A stretch of DNA of 63,585 nt, filler included, from Sluysia triapertura (lineage: Eukaryota), in assembly GCA_046118255.1 (NCBI GenBank). It is 5 parts of 5 records of this genome, joined end to end, with 100 filler letters (N's around TTAATTAATTAA, not from the genome) between each part and the next. Parts side by side here need not be neighbours in the genome. Positions count along the whole stretch, not along the records: positions 40,029 to 51,375 come from JBJNIA010185712.1; positions 51,476 to 63,585 come from JBJNIA010138726.1; 3 more parts are not named here. One strand, written 5' to 3'. The notes beneath the pieces were generated by a model, which saw nothing but the letters and a program-made list of their open reading frames with translations, was not told the DNA's origin and did no database searches. The translations under genes and the position numbers were made by a program. Below, piece by piece: positions 41,499 to 53,351 of the stretch; within the stretch, counting starts at the first letter, position 1; the number at the start of each line of letters is the position of its first letter.

Positions 41499-43478
41499 AT
41501 GAATCTGTTTAATGGATATGATGACACAAAATTTACATATAAACTCCCTATTCCGCCAGAATTTACACTCCGCCAAAATCGACGTCATGTTTTTCATGTG
41601 CCCAACTTTATTCCCTATGACAGTGCGTCTACCAGATGGATATTAACTATGCTTACAAATAAATGCAACATCAACAGATTAATAAAATGTAGCAGATCAA
41701 ATCCGTCGATATTTTCTCGTCTTTATCAAATTCCTGATCGCCCGATGGAGATTCTGGGGCCTGATTATTCTCTGGAAAACTCCGCCTATCATCAGCAATT
41801 CATTCTTTATCTAACACCACTATCCTTAGCGCTCTACTTGAAGCAAAACTTTGCTGTTGAATTATTGTTAACATTGAAAGACGAAAGTGGCCAAAAAATA
41901 GTCCATCCAGCGGAGCCGTGCTTTGTTCAAAAAGTATATCGGAAGAGCAGCACGAGGGAGTCAAGCGAACTGTTCAATTCGTTCCCAATCATAATTGCAA
42001 TTCGCCGAAATTATTACGAAGGTGTGGGCTTGTTGACTCAGTTCGGCTATACACCTCAGAAACAATTTTCGATTATTTATCGTGCTCCGTTTCGTGAAAC
42101 AATTTTACTGTATCGCGACATCATCGATTATATAACGGAATTATTGCGATCGAAGCCGGGATTGAATGTGAAGAAATTTTTAAGAATTCTCAGCGATCCT
42201 TCATTAGGATTGACTATGTTCGATATTTTCGTTTATGATCTGGAACTCAACACATCGGCCACGTGGGACTATGTCAGCATTTTTCGTCGGGTGGCTCGAT
42301 TAGGCCTGGAAAATCGAATATTTCGTGATGAAAGTTTGACTCAATTATTAAACATTCTGGAACAAATTCAATCGATGGGTTACTTTCGTGGAGCCGCCTA
42401 TCTGACTGTGTTTTACAATGGCACTCCACCGTGTTTTCTTGAACGTCCGTTGTCGGAAGAAGAAATTCAAGAATTAGCTGCAGATTCTAGGATATCTATC
42501 ATTATGGATCGTATACCGACCATTTTGAAAGCAACTCGAGACGACATATTCAAATTGCCGACAGAAGAATTCAAGACGTACTTAAATTACGATTATCAAT
42601 GTTGTGTCGGCATTTTATTTGTAATGCTACAAAGAAATTTACTGCAAGAACGTGAATATCACTTCTTAAAGGTAGCAGGTTTGTTGTCGAAAATTATTCT
42701 CGATACGGAACTGGTAACACATTTTTTTCAAACAAGCGATGACGATTTGGCGAAACTGTTCAGCCAATGGACTTTGGAACCATTAAAAACGAGAACTGTT
42801 ACTGAACTGCGAGCCCGCATGCAAGACTACATCACCTTTAATGATGCTACATGTATTACCTTTCTTAATAAGTATGGCAAAGTTCCGTACGATTTAATAA
42901 ATGCCCCCATTTTGTATAAACGTAACCCGGAGAATTCCGCCATTATTCGTAATTTTAATTTAAATAATCACATCGCACAAAGTGACGCACAAGAATTGAA
43001 ATCTGAACTAGTTTTCGACGAGAATGTTAGTAATACTTGTATATTCAATGTTTTAGACGACAAAGATCAGATTATGTTTAAACTGATTCCGTCCAATCAT
43101 AAGCGCTCATTTTCTGAAAACAATCTCACCCAAATCAATGTCAATTCGAGTGTCAAGTACAACTGTAAAAAGCCTCCAAAACCAAACAATCACAAACCGA
43201 AAAGGGTGTCTCAAAAGTCTGTTTCACAATCAGAAACAGTAAAATTGCCTATTAAATCATTAAAAGACGAAGTTTTGGAATGTAATGCAGGTATTGAGTT
43301 AGTAAAAGAGATTCAGAAACGAGAAACAACCAGATTGGACAATTTGAATAATAATTATACTACTACTATAATTATGAATTATATGGATGAATTACAACGA
43401 CAAACTAACAATGGATGCAAATTTATGTCCGTCAACAAAACCACTTCAGATTCAAAAGGTCTTCATAAACCTACTTGA
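41499..43478 (+). CDS. 659-aa intronless protein with degenerate ankyrin-like repeats, function unknown
   Basis: Long ATG-to-TGA ORF with higher GC. LTPLSLALYLKQNFAVELLL and FPIIIAIRRNYYEGVGLLTQFG fit the TPLhxA...V.LL..G ankyrin pattern. Confidence 0.85.
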   Translation: MNLFNGYDDTKFTYKLPIPPEFTLRQNRRHVFHVPNFIPYDSASTRWILTMLTNKCNINRLIKCSRSNPSIFSRLYQIPDRPMEILGPDYSLENSAYHQQFILYLTPLSLALYLKQNFAVELLLTLKDESGQKIVHPAEPCFVQKVYRKSSTRESSELFNSFPIIIAIRRNYYEGVGLLTQFGYTPQKQFSIIYRAPFRETILLYRDIIDYITELLRSKPGLNVKKFLRILSDPSLGLTMFDIFVYDLELNTSATWDYVSIFRRVARLGLENRIFRDESLTQLLNILEQIQSMGYFRGAAYLTVFYNGTPPCFLERPLSEEEIQELAADSRISIIMDRIPTILKATRDDIFKLPTEEFKTYLNYDYQCCVGILFVMLQRNLLQEREYHFLKVAGLLSKIILDTELVTHFFQTSDDDLAKLFSQWTLEPLKTRTVTELRARMQDYITFNDATCITFLNKYGKVPYDLINAPILYKRNPENSAIIRNFNLNNHIAQSDAQELKSELVFDENVSNTCIFNVLDDKDQIMFKLIPSNHKRSFSENNLTQINVNSSVKYNCKKPPKPNNHKPKRVSQKSVSQSETVKLPIKSLKDEVLECNAGIELVKEIQKRETTRLDNLNNNYTTTIIMNYMDELQRQTNNGCKFMSVNKTTSDSKGLHKPT

Positions 43479-45359
43479 TCGATAAATTTAATTAATTTAT
43501 TTTCTTCGTTCAAAATGTAAATTGCAAATAATTTACGTGTTATAAATTTTGCAGTTTAATTGGAACACAAGAGTACACAACTTTTTCAATCTGTCTCAAC
43601 TTTAAATTTCAATTATTTGAAAAAAATACCAAATAAACTTATAAAAATTGTTATATTTTAATTTCAATTTGATTAATTCGTAGTTTTTATTTCACATTTT
43701 GAAGAAAAAGGAAGTTTTTGCCCTTTTTTGGCAAATTTGGCGCCATATTTTATGAATTTATGACAGTTAACAGGACCTTTATTATTTGGTAAATAATATG
43801 GAAAATTTGTTTTTAATGATACTGTACAAATGAAACATTTTCAATAAAACTTGAAATTTGACGAAGATAATAAATATAATATCTATTGTTGTGCTTTTAA
43901 TTAATTTATTAGGCAAACATTTTTGGATTATTGATAATAAATCATAGTAGAATTTAACATTGGAAAGTTTTTAAATGGTTTTTGCTAAAAACACCTCTTG
44001 CAAAAGAAAATTAAATTCGAAATGATAAAAATTTGTCGATTCATTAATTAAGTGTGGAAAATGTATGAAACTGTAGATGTTACATTAACTAAATGGAGAC
44101 AGTTTCTTGATAAATACTAAATAAGGTATCACTGAAATTATAAATAGAAAGTGATTGTGTGAAAATTATTGATTTTTAAAGAATAATTAAGTTTGGTTGC
44201 CAGAAGAGAATGGTGTAAGTAATGTAACTGTAAGATAATATATAATTTTTAAAAAACGTTTACTCATTTTATTCTTTACGAAGAATTTATCAAGTCACAA
44301 AGCGTCTTTTGTTCGACAGAGCGATACACTTTTGTAGAATGAATTTAAGTTTTTATATCCTCGAAGTAAAATAATAATATAAAAGTAAAACACAATCAAT
44401 GTGTCCTGATAAAATAAAAGGTCACATCAAAGAATGAAGGTTAAAGTTAAAATATTTAACTTTAATTTAAATGTTTGATATTCGTCTATTTTAATCAACA
44501 ATTTAATGTTGCGACACTTCAATCAAAATTAATAACAACTCAATAACAATTAATTTTGATTGAAGTATCAATAAATTTAATAATCATAAAATCAAAATAC
44601 AAGTTATTGCAATAACACAAATTAATTTGTTACTTCTTTGGTAATTCCTTATTACAACCCAATTTATTTCAATCTAGTATTAAATTTAAAATTTAAAAAG
44701 ATCACAAAGATTCGAGCTCAATTATAACAATACAATATAGATACATTGTTTCAGTTAAAAAATGATAAAGAAAGGTGACGTAACACAAAAGTTAGATTAT
44801 TTTTTCAAATTAAAAACTTTCCAAAAATGGTTTTAAATTTTATTGTAAACAAAATAAATTTATTGTAAATAAATTATATTGCAAATTTTATAAGTAAATA
44901 AAGAGTGACATTCTTCGGAAATAACTGTAATTTTATTATTAACAAATTTCAATAATTAAATTAGTCTGAAATCTCGATATAGTTATCACAAAATACAAAA
45001 TACTAATTGATCCCTTCTAAAAATTAAAAGCTATTAACTGCAGATCAAGTTTACTCTTCAATTAATTAACAAACAAAATGTTTAAAATAATTGTAAATTT
45101 TTAAAAATAAATCAGGAGGACTCTTCCCCACAATAAAATTAAAATAATCAATAAAAATCAAAATTATACTTGATGAATGGATCTTATATCACTATATCAT
45201 CAGTATTGCAGTTGTGTTACTTGTTACTGTGAAATGTATAAATATTATACTTTCTTATCATCCAATTATTCTTGAATGTTACAATCAAACAAATAATCAC
45301 AAAATTCTTTGAGAATTAGACTGACGTTACATTGTACATTACTCTGCCCGATCTTCTCA

Positions 45360-45585
45360 TAAAAAATGAATTTATTTTTATTTTTTTGAATTCAATTAAT
45401 TTTCGGTTTGTCACATCTAATTTTCATCTGAAAAATGCTTAAGGATCTTACTTTCAAATTCAATTCTAGATTCTCCTCTTTCATAGCAATCATCTCATAT
45501 TCAATTCATTATCTTTTCATCATTCTAAGTATAAAAAGTCAACATTCCTTAATTAAGAATTAATTAAAATTTGGCTTTCCACATT
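45360..45585 (-). repeat. Family A fragment
   Basis: Reverse complement of ~32040-32240 (TTTCATAGCAATCATCTC.TATTCAATTCA). Confidence 0.7.
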
Positions 45586-47811
45586 ATTAAGACTTATTGG
45601 TACACAATAGGTTTACTCTACCATGATGAATGACAGAAGTAATAAAATATACATATTTTTATAATATGGAATGATTAATTAATGTAGTTCATCATATTGC
45701 GTCTAATTTAAAAATAAGTCAATAATCAAATTAATACGAGATCTCAATATATTCTCAGCTACCTCAATAAATTATAACAATATACCTTCAATATATAAAT
45801 TCAACAATTATAAATCACTGTCTTATGTACTAAATCTATAAAATCCAGGGGTGACACAACACGATAAATGTTGACACTCGTATTAATAATAACAAAAAAC
45901 AATAACGTAAGCTACTAACTCTAACAATAAAACAATTAGTTACAAAGTTTATTCAGCCGCAGAAGATGAGTCCTCAAACAGAGATGTCGTCAACTCCACA
46001 TCTACACATCACAATCACAAACACATTTCATCACAGATCTACATTTCATACATAAATAAAATGATAAACAAGTTACTCGACACATTCAAAACAAATAAAG
46101 TCATATTGTATAATTACTATAAATTTATGGTTATTGTTATCACAATACTGTACAATAATTCTTTTTTAATTTTAATTTTATAATTGTTACCATTATGACT
46201 TTTGTTGTCACAATTGTTTTCCTATTTCGTTCTCTTTCCGTTTGTATGAATGTATTTTTATTATTTCTAACTTTTTATCACTATTATACTACAAAAAATG
46301 AAAGTCTTACATTTAATTTCTACAATATAACGTGATCCAGAATGACCATCATAAAACTTCCAAAAGATGCTAATTAATCATGAAATTTAACAGCATTATT
46401 TATACACTGATCAGTTTATATTTATTCAGTAAAATGTCTTATTACTTCTCAACGAGGAATATAGGTGTGTGATTTTTAAGGCAACAAAATTGTGGCTTGT
46501 TCCAATTTCGTTTGGTGATTGCCAGATGAAAAAACTAATCGAATAGTTTGAAGTGTTTGAGAATTTTGCACAACAGAAAGTAGGAATGCATTATAAATAT
46601 TTATTCAAATTCATTCAGATTATGTATAAAATCTTCAACTGAGTTTAGATACAAAGTGTAATAAAGATAGAGTAGCTAAAATATCAAAGAAAAGAAGTTA
46701 TAAAAAATGAGTAATGATTGAACATTTTGTTTCCATACTACTTTTATAAAAACTATTGCATAAATATTTTTAATATCTAAGCAGAATTAAGAGAACATCA
46801 CAAAAATCCAAAAAATTTTAATTGGTTGAAAATTATAAATGATTGAAAATATAATTTTTATCAAAAAATTAATTGCAAATATAGATTATAATAAGAGCCG
46901 TATTTGTTTTTGTAAATACATTTGGAATAAAGCAAACTACTTGAAATTATAAAATAATAAATTAAAATTCAATAATTAATTTTCATGATTACCTAAACAG
47001 ATCGATATTAATCTGTGAAAATGCTTAAAAATTGTAGTACACATTTAATACCGATGATACAATACGGAAATACAATTTATTGAATCGCATACAAATACCA
47101 TATTTAAAACGTAACGTTCTTAGAAATATTGATGATGGTTAGCAAATAATTAATCAGTATCTAAATAAAGTGAATAACCTACCAAAAGATCAAACAAAAC
47201 TGTATTTTATGTTCAACCAAAAAAAAACAAAAAACTGGAAATGTTATCTGATTTGAATTCGATGTTTGTATTATTTTGTTATTTTTTCAATCAATTTTGT
47301 TAATTTGTTTATGGTAATATCTTTTATTTAATCTTAATAATAAAATAAAGTGGTCAAAGTAATCTCCAAAAATAAAATCTTAATTGACTTTAAAATAGTA
47401 TTAAAATAATAATGAAAACAATTAAACAATTTATGATCATATCATGGATCTTTGTAACATATCATCGGGCAAATTGCACTTCTAAAATGTGTTGGGATTA
47501 CCAAACTGTAGATCAGGAGATAAGTAAGAAACATAGAACTATAAAATCAAGGAAGAATTGATACAAAGTGATGGATTGAACATTATAAACATTGTTGAAA
47601 TAATAATCATGAAAAATAAAACATTCATAATCATCTTAAGGTTCCAAAGACCTATCGAAACTTGAGAAGCATTAAGGTTCCTATGAACTTTAGAGCATTT
47701 AAGACCTGAGTAACCTTTAAGTATCTTGGAACATCGATGAGCATTGGAGATCCTGTAGTAATCTTATAAGTGTTTAAAATCTTTAAAATATTTGAGAAAT
47801 AAAATCGTTAT

Positions 47812-48020
47812 GCCTTCTGCATACAATGGGTAATTAACTCAATCTTTCAAATCACCAGCTTCAACACTTTCTACAATCCAATTTGGTGTAACTTTTCTGT
47901 ATAAAGTTATTAAATAATTTTTATTTAAAAGTTCATCATTAGAATAAATTTATTATGATCGTTAAAATACGTTATGAAATATGTAGTGGTATCATCTTTG
48001 TATAAATCAACTTCTCGGAG
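47812..48020 (-). pseudogene. BRCT-domain gene fragment (REV1-like C-terminal signature)
   Basis: TTTYFI...KVTPNWIVESVEAGDLKD*VNYPLY matches the BRCT pattern V.P.WI.ES..AG.L.....Y.LY. A residual acceptor tatacAG precedes KVTP. Confidence 0.65.
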
Positions 48021-48155
48021 TATAAAATCTATTTGTTTATTATCTAAATGCAAATGAGTTATTTTCATTAAATATTGTTCATCAGACTCATCTGGTTTCC
48101 TATTTCCTTTACCACTTGTATTACGTATTGAATTAGGAATTGTTAAGCGTCCCAT
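48021..48155 (-). pseudogene. PPP1R42: N-terminal 45-aa fragment of PPP1R42/LRRC67
   Basis: MGRLT...RNTS..NRKPDESDEQYLMKITHLHLDNKQIDFI resembles the PPP1R42 start (MVRLT..IARN...RKEE...Q.LKKITH....KNIDAI). The LRRs are absent. Confidence 0.75.
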
Positions 48156-48198
48156 TTACGTACGATACACATCAAATAAAATTTAACACATGATAATG

Positions 48199-48345
48199 TG
48201 ATTTAAAAAATTGACTATTAAATATGTCAATCACTTTATCAATAGCATCAATTAAATTCTGATCTGCTGATGGTAATTATAGTTTTTCTCGATAGGTTTC
48301 CAAATGTTCTATGGTTTTTAAGGCCTCATTGCGATCCATTGGTAT
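48199..48345 (-). pseudogene. L27 domain fragment, DLG1/SAP97-like
   Basis: PMDRNEALKTIEHLETYREKL*LPSADQNLIDAIDKVIDIFNSQFFKS versus the DLG1 L27 pattern RALHLLEEYRSKL...[22 protein letters not shown]. One in-frame stop. Confidence 0.75.
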
Positions 48346-48384
48346 TTTTAAAATGATCCAATCTTTAACTTACAAAACCTTCTA

Positions 48385-48825
48385 TTTTTATTAATTTCTT
48401 TTTCGGTTTAATGAGCTTTGTGTTGCCACTCTTGATACATTGTTTTCAATGATTAAGTTGTTCGGTCAACAAACAAGATTAATGATGACAGTCTTCTTTA
48501 AGCTGCTACTTGCATCTTTCATATCATTATTTTTCTTGAAAATCAGCTTATAAGTATGACTGAAGACGTTGTAATTCAGTTTCTCCAGAAGCCAATTGAT
48601 GTTCACGTTGTGTCAGATTTGTCAGTGTTGTATGAAGTGCTTTTTCTAACTCTTCATATTCAGATATCCTCTTCTTCAGAAATTCTTTTTCTTTATCTCT
48701 TTTTTAATATTCCTGAGCTAGATTAATCATAACTTGATTTTCTGAATAATTTTCTTTTTCTTTCAGTTGATTCGGAAGCAATGCTTCTTTAATTTCAATT
48801 CAAAAGCTACAAAGATATTCTTTTG
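48385..48825 (-). pseudogene. CEP120: CEP120 coiled-coil fragment
   Basis: NQLKEKE...MINLAQEY*KRDKEKEFLKKRISEYEELEKALHTTLTNLTQREHQLASGETELQR...KEDCHH aligns by eye with CEP120 NQLKQKE..MQALAEEWKKRDRERE..KKKVAEY..LE..LQKTL.DLEKREQQLAS.ESELQR...KEDCIHQ. Several stops. Confidence 0.8.
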
Positions 48826-49869
48826 CATAATTGGTGGTAGTGGAAAAGAGAAGTAAGAGTGAGAGATAGTGTTATGCAAGTAAATTAAAGGAATCTGAAG
48901 TTGTAGAGTACGAGGAGTGATATAAAGTTATAAGGAAGCGAGAATAACTATGTTTATATTATCACATTTCATTATTTTATGTCACTTTTTCTTATATATA
49001 TTTTAAATTCTCTTACATTTAAACCTATATTTTTATACACTAACTGGACAATCCCAACAGTTAAAATATAAAAAAATATAATATAAAATAAAAAATAAGA
49101 CACTCAGTAATATCATAATAGTAAATAATAAAGTTAATAAAATTAAGATAAAAATAATAACAGTGTTGCGCCTTTGAAAATTATTAAATTATTTAAAATA
49201 AATATCAATTTAATGAGCTTAAAAAGAATCTAAATTATTTAAGTATTCACTAGATCAAATATAAATATTTAATAATTCTCTTATTTAATATCAATAATTA
49301 TTCACCCCAAAATTAAGCTCTTGGAAATCAAATCAATAATAACAACACAACAATTTACTGGTTAAATAAAAAACAATTACCAATTAGTATTATTATAATT
49401 CTCTATTAAGCAGTACTAAAAATGATTAAAATGACGAGATTAACAATAACCTTTATAACAGTCTATCAAAAGAAACCAGAGGGATGCAACACTATGAAAA
49501 AATATTAACTATTATTCACGATTATCAAATATAAATTTTTCAACACATTCACAAGAACAAAAACTATTGGATAAAATCCTCCAAAAAAATAATAATACTT
49601 TTAATTATAAAATAAATTCAAAAGTTACTTAAATCATGGATCTTCTCATTTGCATTACTAATTGTTATTATTGTTGTATTGTTGTGGTTGTTGTTGCTTT
49701 TTTTTTTAAATTTTTAAGTTTTCCTTTTTATATTTTCTCATCATCAAATAATTTCCAATTTTTGATTAAACATTTTCACATACATATCAATGCAATATTC
49801 TTTGAGAATTAATCCGACAATAATAACTTTGACACTTACAGGGTACAGATTGTCAACCTTTATTAGATA

Positions 49870-50540
49870 CAGAACACAGTTTCAAATTCAACAGAGCATT
49901 CCTCATTCAAATGTTATCCAAAAAACGTAATTTTTCTTAATTAAGTTAATTACGAATTTAATTAATTAATCTATTTTTAGACTTAATCTTATTCTTTGTT
50001 TAATGGTTTCATTGAGGTTCTAAAGCTATTTAGTAATTTATAAGGCATTCAAGAGGCTCTACATATTTTCACCTCCACATCTCTGATTTCTTTTTCTACT
50101 TATTCATGTTTATTATTACCTTATTAAACTTATATTTTTATTTTGAACAACGATTTTATTTCTCAAACATTTTCTAGATTTTATACACTTTATAATATTA
50201 CTCGAAGATCTGTGATGCTTATCAAGGTTTCCAGAATACTTAATGGTTGATAGAGTCTTGGATGATCTCAAAATTAACAAGCAAATTGTGTTCTAATACC
50301 TTCGATGGTTTTTCAAGTCCTCTTCAAGCCTGTACAAGGTCTTGACAGCTTATATAGGTCTTTGTAATGTCAAGGTATTCTTTAGATGTCAAAATTACCA
50401 TAAATGCTTTAATTTTTAAGACTCTCATTTCAACGCTGCCTACAACGCTCAATCCTTCACTTGGTATCAGTTCTTTCTTTATTATATAGTTCTGTATGTT
50501 TCTCAGGCATTTTCTGATACACAGTAAGATAATCCCAACA
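49870..50540 (-). mobile_element. Dispersed repeat family A copy
   Basis: Reverse complement of 16579-17240, ending AATCCCAACA at 50540. Confidence 0.85.
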
Positions 50541-51375
50541 ACATACATACTATAAAATAATAGAAAACCATAGTATAAATGAAATAACATCAAAAAAGTA
50601 ATTTTACTATATATTAGAAAATGTCATTATTATGGAAAAGATCGAATATAAATAGAAGCGTTCTTTTAATCATATAAATGCGTTATTTATATTAAGTAAC
50701 AAATTATATCAAGTGTTGATTGTCAGTGTGGTGGCCCTGCCTACACCTACCTAAATATCACATCAATCATAACATTCATCGACATAAACCTCATCACAAA
50801 AAAATTACATTATAATAAGTCTCACCTATATCATTCACAACATTACAACACTCACCTTTATAAAATATCACATGTCTAATAAAAATTCTTTTACTAACAC
50901 CATTTTATCAAAGTAAAGCACAACATATTGTCACTTTTCATCATTATGATACAATATCTTCCTTTCTGTATTTTATAACCTCTTTATCTTATATTTCTCT
51001 ATATTTTACAATTTTTTAATAATTTCCTTTTAACAAAAAAAATCAATGTGCCAAATATTAAAGAAAAGTACAAACTATTGTAAACAGAAAAGATAAATTA
51101 TCAACAAGGATTAACTGAACTTAAAAATGATTACGATAAAGATGTTGTACTTAATGAAGCTCACTCATCAAAGAAAAAAAGTATGAAGAAACACGGTCGT
51201 TAAAATGTTGCGTCTTTAAAAATTACTGGCTATTACGACTCAATATTAACTTGGTTAGCTTAACGGAATCTCTATAATTTAAATAGTCAATATATCAAAT
51301 ATATTTTTTCAATAATCTTCTCGTATAGTATCACTAACTATTATCCCCAAATTTAAGTACCTGACAATAAAAATC

Positions 51376-51475
51376 NNNNNNNNNNNNNNNNNNNNNNNNN
51401 NNNNNNNNNNNNNNNNNNNTTAATTAATTAANNNNNNNNNNNNNNNNNNNNNNNNNNNNNNNNNNNNNNNNNNNN
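51376..51475. other. Artificial contig spacer
   Basis: N44-TTAATTAATTAA-N44. Confidence 0.98.
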
Positions 51476-52020
51476 CTTTTTAACAATACAATTAATATTT
51501 TCTTCCATGTTCATTTTTGAATCCATATAACAACCTATATTTCGTACTTTTTTCTTCTCATCTAGTGTGTGTCTTGCCACCTACAATTAACTTTGTTTCA
51601 TTTATTTTGGTATTGTCGCTATTGTTATTGCTGAAGATTATAATCAGATTTGTCTCCCTTGTTATTCACATTACAAACTAACCCTTGTTTACATCTCATT
51701 CTTCAACAACCTCAACAATAACAACTATCGGATAAATAAATGGCAGTGTAATTTGTTTTAAAACAGTTTCTAGATACAATGATAATTTTCAACTTTCAAT
51801 TAATTTTTTCGTTCCATTCTATAATAACCAATCTTAGATAATTTCATCTCATCATTCATTCCATTGTACAATAAATGCATCTTCTCGACACTGTGCAGTA
51901 TTATAAATATTAGCATTATCTGATAGCTGGTTATATATTTTTGAAACATACCATTTCCAAGAGATATTCCACAGATTTTGAATTCGATCATTTCTGTTAT
52001 TGGTAGCCAGTGCAATTTCT
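51476..52020 (-). mobile_element. Non-LTR retrotransposon (CR1/L2-group) ORF2 fragments
   Basis: HWLPITEMIEFKI (~52015-51975) and KVRNIGCYMDSKMNMEENINCIVKK (~51550-51476) match the post-RT motifs LHWLP...RI.FKI and VRNLG..FDS.L....HI. Confidence 0.75.
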
Positions 52021-52231
52021 GGGTCGAATTGAATACAATGTACCATTACTAGTTATCAATGTCTTGGGACACAGGCCTAAAGTGCCATTTAGTATAATTG
52101 ACTATATTAGAACTAAATTATTAGATGAGGATGACAGCTCAGTAAAGATAACTAAAGATAACTCAGTATTGGATGATAAATAAAGAGTAAAATAAATATC
52201 ATGATAAATTTTACTTATTATTATTAGTATT

Positions 52232-52389
52232 NNNNNNNNNNNNNNNNNNNNNNNNNNNNNNNNNNNNNNNNNNNNNNNNNNNNNNNNNNNNNNNNNNNNN
52301 NNNNNNNNNNNNNNNNNNNNNNNNNNNNNNNNNNNNNNNNNNNNNNNNNNNNNNNNNNNNNNNNNNNNNNNNNNNNNNNNNNNNNNNNN
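52232..52389. other. Scaffold gap (158 N)
   Basis: Run of N without the linker. Confidence 0.98.
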
Positions 52390-52797
52390 ATTATTGAAAT
52401 TGCTCAATTTATTTACCATCGATTTAGTAAACAAAAACTCAAATTCCGTAAATTAAATAATCGAATAAACAAGGATACTGTTTTCACACGTTGTCATTGG
52501 CGACGAACACTAATGAGTTTTATTTTACCTATGAATAATCGCATATTTAATGAATTTGGTTTCCAATGACGACGGTATTATCTTCAAGAAATTAAATTAG
52601 AAAATTAACTTCAAAGACAACTTATTTAATATTATTAGTAGTATAAAATTAATGTAATTATAAGAATAGCGATATTGTCAAATTTAACTTCAACTGTGAT
52701 TGGTTTATAATTTATTCAACTTTATTTCTGATTTTCTTCTGATCGATAATGCATTCTGCACACTGTGACACAAGTTTGAATCTGTAATATAATTTAG

Positions 52798-53351
52798 GTG
52801 GTCAGAGATCCGAGAGAAAGAAATGGATGCATTGCTTTGAAGGAGTTACAGCTATTTTATTTCTGGTAGCTATGAGTGAATACGATTTGAAATTAGTGGA
52901 AGATCAATCAACTAATCGAATGCACGAATCGCTGCGATTATTCGATTCAATATGTAATAGCCAATGGTTTGTAAATACATCTATAATCTTATTTTTGAAC
53001 AAAAAAGATCTGTTCGGAGAAAAGATTCTAAAATCTCCTTTGACGGTTTGTTTTCCGGAATACACTGGAGCAAACATTTACGAAGAGGCTAGTCAGTACA
53101 TACAAGTTCAGTTCGAGGATTTAAACAAAAAGAAGGAAACAAAAACAATATACACACACTTTACGTGTGCCACCGATACAAACAATATACAGGTTAATCA
53201 TTTTATATTGGACAATTTTTAGACCAATAAAATTAAAATTCTATTAATAATGGTAAATAATTATTATTATCACTGTTATTTCTAGGTCGTCTTTGATGCT
53301 GTAATTGATGTCATTATTAAAAATAATTTGAAAGATTGTGGCCTATTTTAA
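52798..53351 (+). CDS. GNAI: Heterotrimeric G protein alpha-i subunit, last two exons (52798-53192, 53286-53351); 5' exons not seen
   Basis: [45 protein letters not shown]|[21 protein letters not shown]. The C-terminus is the Gi-type signature with the pertussis-toxin Cys. Confidence 0.96.

Larger units (their letters stand above)
47490..49059. mobile_element. Candidate Pack-type element carrying four host gene fragments
   Basis: Termini TGTTGGGATT (47490) and AATCCCAACA (49050-49059). The left arm is family A to 47806 and the cargo spans 47812-48825. No clear target-site duplication. Confidence 0.6.

Noticed and set aside
50324-50593. 89-aa ORF with hydrophobic N-terminus
   Set aside because: It spans the family A terminus, and the frame is not preserved in other copies.
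52102-52434. 110-aa ORF
   Set aside because: Artefact of translating through an N gap.
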